Positions 9,205 to 18,192 of a DNA stretch of 64,000 nt are shown here, in pieces. The notes beneath the pieces are model-generated. The model did not search any database. It saw only the letters and a program-made list of their open reading frames with translations, and was not told the origin of the DNA. A program made the position numbers and the translations under genes. Position 1 is the stretch's first letter, and each line of letters starts with the position of its first letter. Location: IMG/VR virus record IMGVR_UViG_3300009104_001210, positions 152,423-216,422 of that record. One strand, 5' to 3'.

Positions 9205-9704
9205 TGATTAATAAGATAATGATTGTAGCGCACCCTGATGATGAAGCACTATTTGGTGGCGCTGAATTATTATCACACCCAAAAGAATATAAAGTTGTAG
9301 TAGTAGATGAATATCACAATGATGTTAGACAAAAAGAGTTTAAGGATTCCATGCAATTTATAGGAATTACAGATTTTGAACATTGGACAGGTTATAAAGG
9401 TGGAGAAGATTATCATAGAGAAAAACTTATTTATGAGTTATTGAGAGTATTGAGAGAAAAAAAATGGGAAAAGATTGTAACTCATAATAGAGCAGGTGAA
9501 TATGGTCACCCAAGACATAGAGCATTGCATGATATATTAAATCATTTAAGACCTGAAATACTATGGCAGTTTGATAAAGGTAAAGAAAGATTACCACAAG
9601 ATTTATTAATTAAGAAAAGAGATTTATTAAAAGTATATGGAAGCCAAAGAGATGTTTTAGATTGGTTTAGTCCCTGGTACGAGAAAATAACGAAGGTAAA
9701 TTGA
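9204..9704 (+). CDS. PIG-L/LmbE family deacetylase
   Basis: AHPDDE and GEYGHPRH motifs. Confidence 0.85.
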   Translation: MINKIMIVAHPDDEALFGGAELLSHPKEYKVVVVDEYHNDVRQKEFKDSMQFIGITDFEHWTGYKGGEDYHREKLIYELLRVLREKKWEKIVTHNRAGEYGHPRHRALHDILNHLRPEILWQFDKGKERLPQDLLIKKRDLLKVYGSQRDVLDWFSPWYEKITKVN

Positions 9705-10741
9705 TGAGAAGAGCATTAGCATATGATGACATAAATATTACACCTAAATATTCAGATGTGGAACATAGAGACGACATAAATATTACTACAAGATTTACTA
9801 AGAAAACTTTATTAGATATACCAATTGTATCTTCACCTATGGATACTATTACTGGATTTGATATGGCTTTTGCTATGATGGTGTTGGGTGGAGTTGGTGT
9901 TGTACATAGATTTAATACTATTGAAGAACAATCATTGATAATGAATCAGTTACATACTGAAAAGTATGATCATTGTGAATTACCATTATCTGCAGCTATT
10001 GGAGTTACAGGGGATTATTTAGAAAGGGCACAAGAATTAATTAAGAACGGATGTAATGTTCTACTTATAGATGTAGCGCATGGACATCATAAATTAGTAG
10101 GAGAAGCAATTGAAGAGGTCAAAACCAAGTTATCAGGAGTTGAAATCATTGCGGGATCAGTTGCGACAGGAGAAGCGTGTGAATACTTATGTGAAAAAGG
10201 AGCGGACTCGATTAGAGTCGGAATTGGAAATGGAAGTTTATGTGAAACGAGAATTAGAACGGGTGTCGGAATCCCTCAAGTGTCTGCTCTCATTGATTGC
10301 GTCGCCGTTGCTGATAGGTTTGATGTTCCTATTATTGGTGATGGTGGGATCCGTAATGTTGGTGATGTGTGTAAAGGACTTGCTTGTGGGGCTGACTCGA
10401 TTATGTTGGGCTCCCTGTTATCAGGTACTAAAGAAACTCCAGGCACGATTGAAAAAATAGGCCAATGGCCGAATGAAATGTTACATAAAAAATATAGAGG
10501 TTCAGCATCATTGGACTCTAAAAAATCAAGAGGGGATAATAAAAATGTCGAAGGTAATCACAAAGTTATACCATACAAAGGGAAGGTCAAAAGAATTATA
10601 CAAGATATACAAGAGGGAATTCGTAGTTCTTTCAGCTATGTTGGTGCTAACAATTTTCCTGAGTTTTATTCTAAAGTAGAGTTAATAGAAGTTACAAGAG
10701 CAGGAAATATTGAAGGTATGCCACACCTTCTTAATACTTAA
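9701..10741 (+). CDS. IMP dehydrogenase/GMP reductase family, CBS-less (GMP reductase more likely)
   Basis: SSPMDT, IDVAHGH, VGIGNGSLCET, YRGSAS...KNVEG (GuaC-like flap). Confidence 0.85.
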   Translation: MMRRALAYDDINITPKYSDVEHRDDINITTRFTKKTLLDIPIVSSPMDTITGFDMAFAMMVLGGVGVVHRFNTIEEQSLIMNQLHTEKYDHCELPLSAAIGVTGDYLERAQELIKNGCNVLLIDVAHGHHKLVGEAIEEVKTKLSGVEIIAGSVATGEACEYLCEKGADSIRVGIGNGSLCETRIRTGVGIPQVSALIDCVAVADRFDVPIIGDGGIRNVGDVCKGLACGADSIMLGSLLSGTKETPGTIEKIGQWPNEMLHKKYRGSASLDSKKSRGDNKNVEGNHKVIPYKGKVKRIIQDIQEGIRSSFSYVGANNFPEFYSKVELIEVTRAGNIEGMPHLLNT

Positions 10742-10747
10742 TAATAT

Positions 10748-11182
10748 GGGGCTGAATGGTTTCGACAGATGCTATTTGATAATATAGTGCAACGGAGTTT
10801 GAGTAAGACTTGCTATAAAAGACTCACAAACCCAAAATGGCGATAAATCGCTACAAGGGTTGGAAATTGATTGGCATTTAGCCAATACCGAACAGATGTT
10901 TGACACTTATGTTGAACCTGCAAGGGCTTCCCAACCAACTTACGCATACGCATAAGTTACTGAGTTACCTAACACTCGGTCATAAAATGAGTTAGGTGGT
11001 AGGATGGTTGGTATATGTCTTTGAGTAGGAATTAGACGATAAAGAAACCTATCAGTTAAACTCATCTGAGTAAATGAGGTATGGTGGGTTGTTAGTTGAC
11101 TACCGATTTGGAAACTAACTAAGTTGTAAATGACTATTTATTAAAAGTAGACTGGACGCGGGTTCGAATCCCGCCAGCTCCA
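10748..11182 (+). ncRNA. ssrA: tmRNA
   Basis: 5' GGGGCTGAATGGTTTCGAC; 3' T-arm GCGGGTTCGAATCCCGC plus CAGCTCCA (G3:U70); internal tag ORF ending YAYA-TAA; CCA not encoded. Confidence 0.95.
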
Positions 11183-11202
11183 CTAAAATTGAGGAGAATA
11201 TT

Positions 11203-11445
11203 ATGAGAGGGAGAACCGATCTAATAGACGCATTAACAAAATACTTTGAAGGCTGTATTGCTAAGCACAAAGTTAATATTGATAACTTGTTAGATAATCA
11301 TGTAGCTTTAGCAGAACATCCTGATATTATTGACACACTTGATAAAGAAGTTGATATAATGTCTAACTACGAAGATAAGTTGAGTGTTTTACAAAAATAT
11401 TTTGTTGTTGAAGAAACGAATAAAAAAGAACTATTAAAGGATTAA
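11203..11445 (+). CDS. hypothetical phage protein
   Basis: GAGGAG RBS; ORF track. Confidence 0.6.
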   Translation: MRGRTDLIDALTKYFEGCIAKHKVNIDNLLDNHVALAEHPDIIDTLDKEVDIMSNYEDKLSVLQKYFVVEETNKKELLKD

Positions 11446-11446
11446 T

Positions 11447-11671
11447 ATGAAGCATATTATTGCAAAGAGAGTTCCACCTGGAGATAGATGGTCTATCGAA
11501 GGAGATGAAGTTGTTCACTCAACACTTACAGATTGTCTTAATTCTATTTTTATGGTAAATGGTTCTACACGATTTGATATAGATGCTAAGGCTGGAGAAA
11601 TTTATACAGACGATGGTGTAGTTAAACCTGAACCAATCAAGAAGTATAGTTTGTATGGTGAAGAGATGTAA
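11447..11671 (+). CDS. hypothetical protein
   Basis: ORF track; abuts neighbours. Confidence 0.55.
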   Translation: MKHIIAKRVPPGDRWSIEGDEVVHSTLTDCLNSIFMVNGSTRFDIDAKAGEIYTDDGVVKPEPIKKYSLYGEEM

Positions 11672-11909
11672 TCTTATGAAAGAAAATACAGTATATAATC
11701 ATTGGGATAATCTTGTAATGGTTAGAACTAATGAAAATTTTATAAATGTTATATGTCATAAAGAAGATCAAGTTCAACCAGTATTAGATAGAATGTCTAC
11801 TGATTGTTGTATTCTATCTGAATATGAAGAGTGGGATGAAGGTGAAGATGTGAAATGGATATTAACGTTTAGATTATTGGAAGAACACGAAACAATTCAT
11901 AGTAACTAA
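11655..11909 (+). CDS. hypothetical protein
   Basis: ORF track; true start may be a downstream ATG. Confidence 0.5.
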   Translation: MVKRCNLMKENTVYNHWDNLVMVRTNENFINVICHKEDQVQPVLDRMSTDCCILSEYEEWDEGEDVKWILTFRLLEEHETIHSN

Positions 11910-12653
11910 ATGATAAATCATAAACATAAGTTTATTTTTGTACATATACCACATACTGCAGGAACAAGTATAGAAGAGGCTTTTGGTTGGTATATACCAA
12001 ATGAATCAAAGGAAATTACTAATGAAGAGTTTGCATTAATTAAAGATAGACATTTAACAGGCGCACAGAGTAAAAGAAAATATAAAAAATATTGGGATGA
12101 TTATTTTGTATTTACAATTATAAGGAATCCATTTGATTATTTAGTTTCTAGTTGGGCAAGTTCTTCTGATTATATAGATGTTAAGAATAGGTATGCTAGT
12201 TATGGTAAATATTTGGGTGATGAAATAATATATAAAAGACGTGAACGACGATTTAGTTCAAGTTCTGATAGAGACTTATTGGAAAGAATGGGGCTTAGTA
12301 TAGATAAAATTTATTTTAAAGATTATGTAAATGCTTGTATAGATTATAAAAGAAATTTGAATCAAACAAATATGTTAGGTGATTTAGGTAGATATGATTT
12401 TATTGGTAAGTTTGAAGATATAGAAAATAGTTGGCAATATATTTGTAAAGAACTTGGAGTAGAAATAATATTAGGAAACTCTAATCCAACATTTAATTTG
12501 AAGAAAAAGCATTATAGTCATTGGTATACAAAAGATATAGAGTTAATAGATAAAAGTATTCCAATACTTGATGATGAATTAATAGATAGAGTTGCAGATT
12601 ATTGTTCAAGAGATTTAGAAACATTTGATTATAAGTTCGATTATGGATTATGA
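11910..12653 (+). CDS. Sulfotransfer_2 family sulfotransferase
   Basis: FIFVHIPHTAGTSI (5'-PSB) and IIRNPFDYLVS (3'-PB). Confidence 0.85.
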   Translation: MINHKHKFIFVHIPHTAGTSIEEAFGWYIPNESKEITNEEFALIKDRHLTGAQSKRKYKKYWDDYFVFTIIRNPFDYLVSSWASSSDYIDVKNRYASYGKYLGDEIIYKRRERRFSSSSDRDLLERMGLSIDKIYFKDYVNACIDYKRNLNQTNMLGDLGRYDFIGKFEDIENSWQYICKELGVEIILGNSNPTFNLKKKHYSHWYTKDIELIDKSIPILDDELIDRVADYCSRDLETFDYKFDYGL

Positions 12654-13117
12654 AGAGTACGCCAAGCAATAAAGAAATTGGTTTTTTTAAACAGTTATAT
12701 TCAGAAGAACCACATAGTTGGGTTAATCCAATGTTCATTTCACGAAGCGATTGGCCACCACCTCAAGATTGGTTAGATGAAGCGCCACATTTAAATCATA
12801 AAATGATACATAAAAGAGCTTCAGTTTGTTTATGTGTTTGGGAAAGATTTGGTGAAGTAACAAATCGTGCACTTATAGATTACTTTAAATTAATAATACC
12901 ACACGTTCATTTACCATTAGACTTAGATGGTTTTATGAAAATAGTAGATGGTAGACATAGATTAATAGCATATAAAGAATTAGATATAATGTGTCCTGTT
13001 TATATAGGTAGAAAAAGAGTGAGATATGGTACTTGTTGGCAAAAAGGACTTGCTTATAATGATGGAACAGTTGATAAGAATGTAAGACATAGAAGTGGAT
13101 ATTATGATCTTAAATAA
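12650..13117 (+). CDS. ParB/sulfiredoxin-like domain protein
   Basis: IVDGRHRL motif. Confidence 0.5.
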   Translation: MKSTPSNKEIGFFKQLYSEEPHSWVNPMFISRSDWPPPQDWLDEAPHLNHKMIHKRASVCLCVWERFGEVTNRALIDYFKLIIPHVHLPLDLDGFMKIVDGRHRLIAYKELDIMCPVYIGRKRVRYGTCWQKGLAYNDGTVDKNVRHRSGYYDLK

Positions 13118-13820
13118 TGAATATAAATTTATTTTTATACATATCCCAAAAAATGCTGGCACTTCTTTGAGAAGTAATTTGTGTAGATTAAGTGGTATGA
13201 AACAACCGTACACTTTTGAAGAAAAAGCGTTTGCACGTTTATGTACACATACTAAACCATGTGATTGTAAAAAGGATGGCGTCTTATCAGGTAGACATAT
13301 TAGGGCTATTACATTACGAGATGAAAAAGAAATAGATAATTGGAATGATTTGTATAAGTTTGCATTTGTAAGAAATCCATATGATAGAATGGTATCATTC
13401 TGGGCATTCTATAGAAACATAGGAACATCTATGACAAATGTTAGAAGGTCAGCAGAAATGATGTCTTTTGATGATTGGGTTAAATATTTAAGAAAGAAAT
13501 CATTTGCCAAAATGGGAGAGCATCCTGAATCACTTGTTCCACCTTGGCGGTGGCCACAAGTATCTTGGATTGAAAAGGATGGTAAACAGATAATAGATTT
13601 TGTAGGTAGATACGAAAATTTACAGGAAGATTTTGAATACATATGTAAACATATTGGTTTAGATAAAGATAGTTCTTTGTGGAAAGGACATGAACAATTA
13701 GAAGAATTTAATAAATCAGGTAGATTAAAAGATTATAGACAATACTATACGGAAGAATCAAAGAAGATAGTTGGTTGGTGGTTTAAAAGAGATTTGGAAT
13801 TATTTGATTATTCCTTTTAA
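13104..13820 (+). CDS. Sulfotransfer_2 family sulfotransferase
   Basis: FIFIHIPKNAGTSL, FVRNPYDRMVS, FVGRYENLQEDF. Confidence 0.88.
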   Translation: MILNNEYKFIFIHIPKNAGTSLRSNLCRLSGMKQPYTFEEKAFARLCTHTKPCDCKKDGVLSGRHIRAITLRDEKEIDNWNDLYKFAFVRNPYDRMVSFWAFYRNIGTSMTNVRRSAEMMSFDDWVKYLRKKSFAKMGEHPESLVPPWRWPQVSWIEKDGKQIIDFVGRYENLQEDFEYICKHIGLDKDSSLWKGHEQLEEFNKSGRLKDYRQYYTEESKKIVGWWFKRDLELFDYSF

Positions 13821-13823
13821 TAT

Positions 13824-13895
13824 GGCCCCATCGTCTAATGGTGAGGACGTCGCCCTTTCAAGGCGGAGATATGGGTTCGACTCCCGTTGGGGCTA
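13824..13895 (+). tRNA. tRNA-Glu(TTC)
   Basis: Acceptor GGCCCCA/TGGGGCT; anticodon loop CT-TTC-AA; T-loop TTCGACT. Confidence 0.92.
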
Positions 13896-13896
13896 C

Positions 13897-13979
13897 GGGC
13901 AGGTAGCAAAGCGGTTAAATGCACCAAACCGTAAGTTTGGCGTCGTGAGACTACGGTGGTTCGAATCCATCCCTGCCCT
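13897..13979 (+). tRNA. tRNA-Tyr(GTA), atypical (C33, U73)
   Basis: Acceptor GGGCAGG/CCTGCCC; CCAAA-CCGTAAG-TTTGG anticodon arm; long variable arm; TTCGAAT T-loop. Confidence 0.8.
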
Positions 13980-13980
13980 C

Positions 13981-14053
13981 GGGGCTGTAGCTCATTTGGG
14001 AGAGCGCTTCCCTTGCACGGAAGAGGCAGCAGGTTCGATTCCTGTCAGCTCCA
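13981..14053 (+). tRNA. tRNA-Ala(TGC)
   Basis: GGGGCTG/CAGCTCC with G3:U70; loop CT-TGC-AC. Confidence 0.93.
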
Positions 14054-14054
14054 C

Positions 14055-14648
14055 ATGAAAAATCTATCTAGATCTGAAATAAGAGAAATAAAGAATAACC
14101 AATCAGAGTTGTATATGGAAAATGATAACTTTAAAGTTATTATACCATATACACATGATGCAGTTAAGATATATGGTAAAGGTACTAGTTGGTGTGTTTC
14201 TTGGGCAAAAGACGAAGACTATCAGTTTTATAATAAAACAGGTAAAATTCTTTTAATACTTAAAAAGAATGTTCATATTAAAGATAATACTGAAATAGAT
14301 GATGTGTGTTATAAAGTATCTATGTGGATGCCATATCAAAAATATTTGCCACTATATAGAAATTTTGGAAAAGGTGGTATAGAAGATATAGCTAAAAGAT
14401 ATGAGTCCGATAAAGAGTTATATAAAAGCGTATTAAATGGTTATGTAAATTCGGTTGATGGTATTACTATTCATAAAATAACAGCAGATTTTGAATATTA
14501 TGATGCTGATGATGCGCATTGTTTTATGCCTGTAAAGTATATAGAAGGAGATAAAGTAGTTTGCATAGATAGAGATTGGGAATTAGATTGGGAAATATTT
14601 GATAGTATAAGATATAAGTATGAATATGAGTGGCAATTTGAAGGATAA
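14055..14648 (+). CDS. hypothetical jumbo-phage protein (YGxGTxWC motif)
   Basis: Real start ATG 14055, after tRNA-Ala; KIYGKGTSWCVS. Confidence 0.6.
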   Translation: MKNLSRSEIREIKNNQSELYMENDNFKVIIPYTHDAVKIYGKGTSWCVSWAKDEDYQFYNKTGKILLILKKNVHIKDNTEIDDVCYKVSMWMPYQKYLPLYRNFGKGGIEDIAKRYESDKELYKSVLNGYVNSVDGITIHKITADFEYYDADDAHCFMPVKYIEGDKVVCIDRDWELDWEIFDSIRYKYEYEWQFEG

Positions 14649-14652
14649 TAAT

Positions 14653-14726
14653 GTGCTGGTGCCGGAGTGGTCTAACGGGGTGGGTTGCAAACCCATTATT
14701 CACAGGTTCGAATCCTGTTCAGCACT
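14653..14726 (+). tRNA. tRNA-Cys(GCA)
   Basis: GTGCTGG/TCAGCAC acceptor; loop TT-GCA-AA; U73. Confidence 0.9.
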
Positions 14727-14741
14727 CATAACTAAGGAGAA

Positions 14742-14849
14742 ATACCAATGTAATATACAACACTAAATATAAGATTAGGGTTTAGCAGTACCAATATATA
14801 AACTGTCGGTGTTTAAAGTACACCACAAAATTTAGTGTACGGATGGTAT
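14742..14849 (+). ncRNA. unclassified structured intergenic element
   Basis: Nested helices ATACCA/TGGTAT, ACACTAAAT/ATTTAGTGT, GCAGT/ACTGT, GGTGT/ACACC. Confidence 0.4.
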
Positions 14850-14879
14850 CTAAAGAGGGACGGAGGCGGGAAAAAATTA

Positions 14880-14952
14880 GCCACTTTAGCTCAGTTGGTA
14901 GAGCAGCTCACTTGTAATGAGCAGGTCCTCAGTTCGAGTCTGAGAAGTGGCT
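14880..14952 (+). tRNA. tRNA-Thr(TGT)
   Basis: GCCACTT/AAGTGGC acceptor; loop CT-TGT-AA. Confidence 0.93.
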
Positions 14953-14962
14953 CAAAAATAAT

Positions 14963-15008
14963 TAAAAAAAGGCTTGACTCGCATGGTCCAAAATGCCTAT
15001 ATTTAGGT
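14963..15008 (+). promoter_or_regulatory. early sigma70-like promoter, copy 1
   Basis: A-tract + GGC-TTGACT(14974)-N18-TATATT-TAGG; repeated four times in the window. Confidence 0.75.
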
Positions 15009-15028
15009 ATAAATGAGAGGATATAAAA

Positions 15029-15412
15029 ATGGCACATGAAACAGTAAGAGATTTTGTAAATTGGGAAGATGTCGCTGAATGTGATGATATAGTTGGTGCA
15101 GGAAAAGATTTTGATACCGCTGTGTCAAATCTTTTAGAAAATATTGAAGAAAAATTTGTTAAATCATTTCCTAATCATAGGGATATGATATTATCACTTG
15201 TGGCTGGTAGGAAATTTGTTAAAGTAGTACACGATAATAGTGTTTGGGGATTTGTTGCTAAAGTAAATGGTTTACATAAAGGTGAACCATATGAAGTTGG
15301 TGATGTATTTAAAGCCGCTAGTTGGAAATCACCAGCTAAGTATGTACGGGGTAGTATTTTTGATAGTAATACTGATTGGTATCATTGGACAGGTCCTAAT
15401 TATTTGAAATGA
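15029..15412 (+). CDS. conserved hypothetical phage protein
   Basis: GDVFKAASWKSPAK...WTGPNYL; downstream of early promoter. Confidence 0.65.
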   Translation: MAHETVRDFVNWEDVAECDDIVGAGKDFDTAVSNLLENIEEKFVKSFPNHRDMILSLVAGRKFVKVVHDNSVWGFVAKVNGLHKGEPYEVGDVFKAASWKSPAKYVRGSIFDSNTDWYHWTGPNYLK

Positions 15413-15918
15413 ACTATAGTATAGGAGCAAATAAACCCAAACCCGAATGGGTTAAAAAAAATAAGTCTATGTATGGTAAGAGGATAAAACAACTTGAACA
15501 TATAATTAAAGATGACTCATATATTCCAAAAGGAAGTACCAATGGTTATCATGATTTTATATTTAGTATGCATCGGGCATTGGTAACTGGTAGAAAAATA
15601 ACACCAAAGATGGAATCATCTATTACCAATATTGTTAAGAAATATACAGAACATTTTAATAAAGAAAAAGATCCTGAATATAGAAATGAAAAATTAAGGT
15701 ATATTAATACTACTTTAGAAAAATTAACAGTTATTAAAAACAATTTAAAAGAAGCTAAATACTCAAGATCTTATACAAGTAATAGTTTATACTTCTTAAA
15801 TTCTATCGAAACACAAGTAAAATCACGTGGTAAATTGACTATAAAACAGAGAAAAGCCCTTAATTCGATGAATTTACAGTTCAAAAAAAGAATTAAAAAT
15901 AATGAAAAAAAGGCTTGA
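15409..15918 (+). CDS. hypothetical basic protein
   Basis: ORF track; ATGA coupling. Confidence 0.6.
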   Translation: MNYSIGANKPKPEWVKKNKSMYGKRIKQLEHIIKDDSYIPKGSTNGYHDFIFSMHRALVTGRKITPKMESSITNIVKKYTEHFNKEKDPEYRNEKLRYINTTLEKLTVIKNNLKEAKYSRSYTSNSLYFLNSIETQVKSRGKLTIKQRKALNSMNLQFKKRIKNNEKKA

Positions 15919-15948
15919 CTCGTATGGTCCTTTATGCGTATGATCAGG
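15905..15948 (+). promoter_or_regulatory. early sigma70-like promoter, copy 2
   Basis: AAAAAAAGGC-TTGACT(15915)-N18-TATGAT-CAGG. Confidence 0.75.
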
Positions 15949-15990
15949 TGTAATGAGAGTTAAGTCAATTAAAAAAGAAAAGGATAATAA

Positions 15991-17157
15991 ATGAATAAAG
16001 TTGTAGTCAAAATCGAAATGTCGGGAAACCGATATAACGCTTTTGATTCTGATGGTAATAAATACACATCAGAAATTGGTACTGGAACACGTAAAAGAGC
16101 ATTTGAACAAGGTATGGCTCTTGAACGTCGTGAAGGTAAAACTGGTAAAACCTATTGGTGGAAAGTTCCAATGAGTGAATTTGAAGTATCATCAGTTCCT
16201 GAGTTTGATGTTTCTTCGGTAGAAGTACCTGAAGAACATGGTGAGATGTTGAATTTCATTCATAGTTCATATAAACTGAAACCTAAAGGTTTGGTTATGA
16301 AGGAACTGAAGTGGAAATATTTAGTTCGTTCAGGTGTTAGAGGTAAGAACATTCTAATGACAGGTCCTGCCGGATGTGGTAAAACATTGGCAGCTAAGTC
16401 GTTAGTTAACGCACTTGATCGTCCTGATTTTTACTTTAATTTGGGTGCGACTCAAGACCCTCGTTCCTCTCTAATTGGTAATACTCACTTTGATAAGTCA
16501 AAGGGTACTTACTTTTCAGAATCACTTTTTGTGAAGGCGATTTCGACGCCTAACTCAGTTATTCTGTTAGATGAGTTAAGTAGGGCTCACCCTGACGCTT
16601 GGAATATTTTGATGACAGTTCTTGATGAAGGTCAGAGATATCTAAGGTTGGATGAGGCTGACGGGCAGGCGACGATTAAAGTTGCAAGTGGTGTTACTTT
16701 TGTAGCGACAGCGAACATTGGTAATGAATACACTTCTACAAGAGTTATGGATAAAGCCTTAATGGATAGATTCATTATTGTAGAAATGGATGTTCTAAAC
16801 TCTGATGAGGAATATGGATTGTTACAATATATGTTTCCTCATGTGGATCCTGAGTTATTGAAAGCAGTTGCTGAGATAGCTCACGCATCAAGGTCAGAAT
16901 CAAAATCAGAAGCAGGTAGGATTTCAAGTGGAATTTCGACAAGAACTTCAGTTGAAATGTCTGGTCTTCTGTATGATGGTTTTGGATTAGATGAAGCGTC
17001 TGAAGTTAGTATCTATCCTCAGTATTCTGAAGATGGTGGAATGGAATCTGAAAGAACTTACATTAGACAGTTAGTACAGAAGTTCGTTTCTGATGGTAGT
17101 TCTGAAGACCTCTTTAATGAAGACGAAATAGAATCTACAGAAGATTCTGATTCTTAA
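15991..17157 (+). CDS. MoxR/CbbQ-like AAA+ ATPase
   Basis: Walker A GPAGCGKT, Walker B LLDELSRA, FVATAN, DRF. Confidence 0.88.
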   Translation: MNKVVVKIEMSGNRYNAFDSDGNKYTSEIGTGTRKRAFEQGMALERREGKTGKTYWWKVPMSEFEVSSVPEFDVSSVEVPEEHGEMLNFIHSSYKLKPKGLVMKELKWKYLVRSGVRGKNILMTGPAGCGKTLAAKSLVNALDRPDFYFNLGATQDPRSSLIGNTHFDKSKGTYFSESLFVKAISTPNSVILLDELSRAHPDAWNILMTVLDEGQRYLRLDEADGQATIKVASGVTFVATANIGNEYTSTRVMDKALMDRFIIVEMDVLNSDEEYGLLQYMFPHVDPELLKAVAEIAHASRSESKSEAGRISSGISTRTSVEMSGLLYDGFGLDEASEVSIYPQYSEDGGMESERTYIRQLVQKFVSDGSSEDLFNEDEIESTEDSDS

Positions 17158-17175
17158 TAATTGACTGACTACTAA

Positions 17176-17218
17176 AAAACAGCGCCCGAAATAAAATACA
17201 TTTTCGGGCGTTTGTTTT
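17176..17218. terminator. intrinsic terminator after the AAA ATPase
   Basis: CGCCCGAAA/TTTCGGGCG stem flanked by A- and T-rich runs. Confidence 0.75.
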
Positions 17219-17296
17219 ATATTTATAGGAGACAAAGATATAAGGTAATTATAAATTAAATTAAAATATAGAATGATTTTACTCTCTCATTCCAAC

Positions 17297-17333
17297 GAGC
17301 CCGTTCCTCTTATAGAAGTTCGGGCTTTTTTTT
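17297..17333 (+). terminator. terminator-like hairpin in a leader
   Basis: GAGCCCG/CGGGCTT followed by a T-run. Confidence 0.5.
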
Positions 17334-17351
17334 AATATAAAGAGGTTTTTT

Positions 17352-18191
17352 ATGAAACAATTAATAAAAGATGTATTAGAGACTCAAGCAGCTAATCAAG
17401 TAAATCTATCATCAGATGCTGCACGTGAACAAATAGCTAATGCTATCTTAGCAAAGATAAAGAATAATAATACAGGTTGGACTTTGGATCTTAGTACTTT
17501 AGACGGCAAAGCAAAGTTAACACCCGAAGAAATAGAAGAGCAGAATTATAAAGAATTTTGGACCTGTGCAATTTGTGGTGAAGATACTTCAAAAGTAGAT
17601 TATGATTATATAGGCTCAGGGACTAATCATTTAGGCTGTGAACTAAAAACAGAGCAAGAGATAGAAGAGTTTGTTGAAGATATAGATGAGCAAGCATACG
17701 CACAGGGACGTAAAAGTAGTTATGATGGAGATTCACTTCAACAAAAAGAAGATTTTGAGAAAAGATCAACCAAAGATAGACGAAAAGGTGATAGACGAGA
17801 AAAGAATTGGGCTCAAAAGAAACATGAAGAAAAAGTTTTTGGTATTGAAGCTGAAGCATCAGCTCGTAGAACATCAAAATCATTTGAAAAAGGTGATGCG
17901 TCTTCAATAGCAACAAAAGCTTATGTAGAAATGACTGCTGATGGATTACCTCCTGGTGGAGACGCACAAGCTGTATTAGAATCGCATAAGTTAGCAGAGG
18001 AAATAGTAGATAACCAAGAAGGTAAATGGATTTATGAATCTCCTGATGGTGGTAAAACAGTTTTTCGAAGACCATTTGGTGATTATGATATGAAGAATAA
18101 AGAAGAAATAAATTGGGAAACGAAACAACCTACAGGTAGAATGTTTACTCAATTTCCATTTCCCTCAGATGAGATAGTGAAAGAGGTGTAA
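17352..18191 (+). CDS. hypothetical protein
   Basis: ORF track; GAGG RBS. Confidence 0.65.
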   Translation: MKQLIKDVLETQAANQVNLSSDAAREQIANAILAKIKNNNTGWTLDLSTLDGKAKLTPEEIEEQNYKEFWTCAICGEDTSKVDYDYIGSGTNHLGCELKTEQEIEEFVEDIDEQAYAQGRKSSYDGDSLQQKEDFEKRSTKDRRKGDRREKNWAQKKHEEKVFGIEAEASARRTSKSFEKGDASSIATKAYVEMTADGLPPGGDAQAVLESHKLAEEIVDNQEGKWIYESPDGGKTVFRRPFGDYDMKNKEEINWETKQPTGRMFTQFPFPSDEIVKEV

Positions 18192-18192
18192 A

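Noticed and set aside
13771-14058. ORFs 13771..14058 and the 13956 start extension
   Set aside because: They overlap three well-formed tRNAs; the real CDS starts at 14055.
14835-15026. 63-aa ORF
   Set aside because: It overlaps tRNA-Thr and an early promoter.
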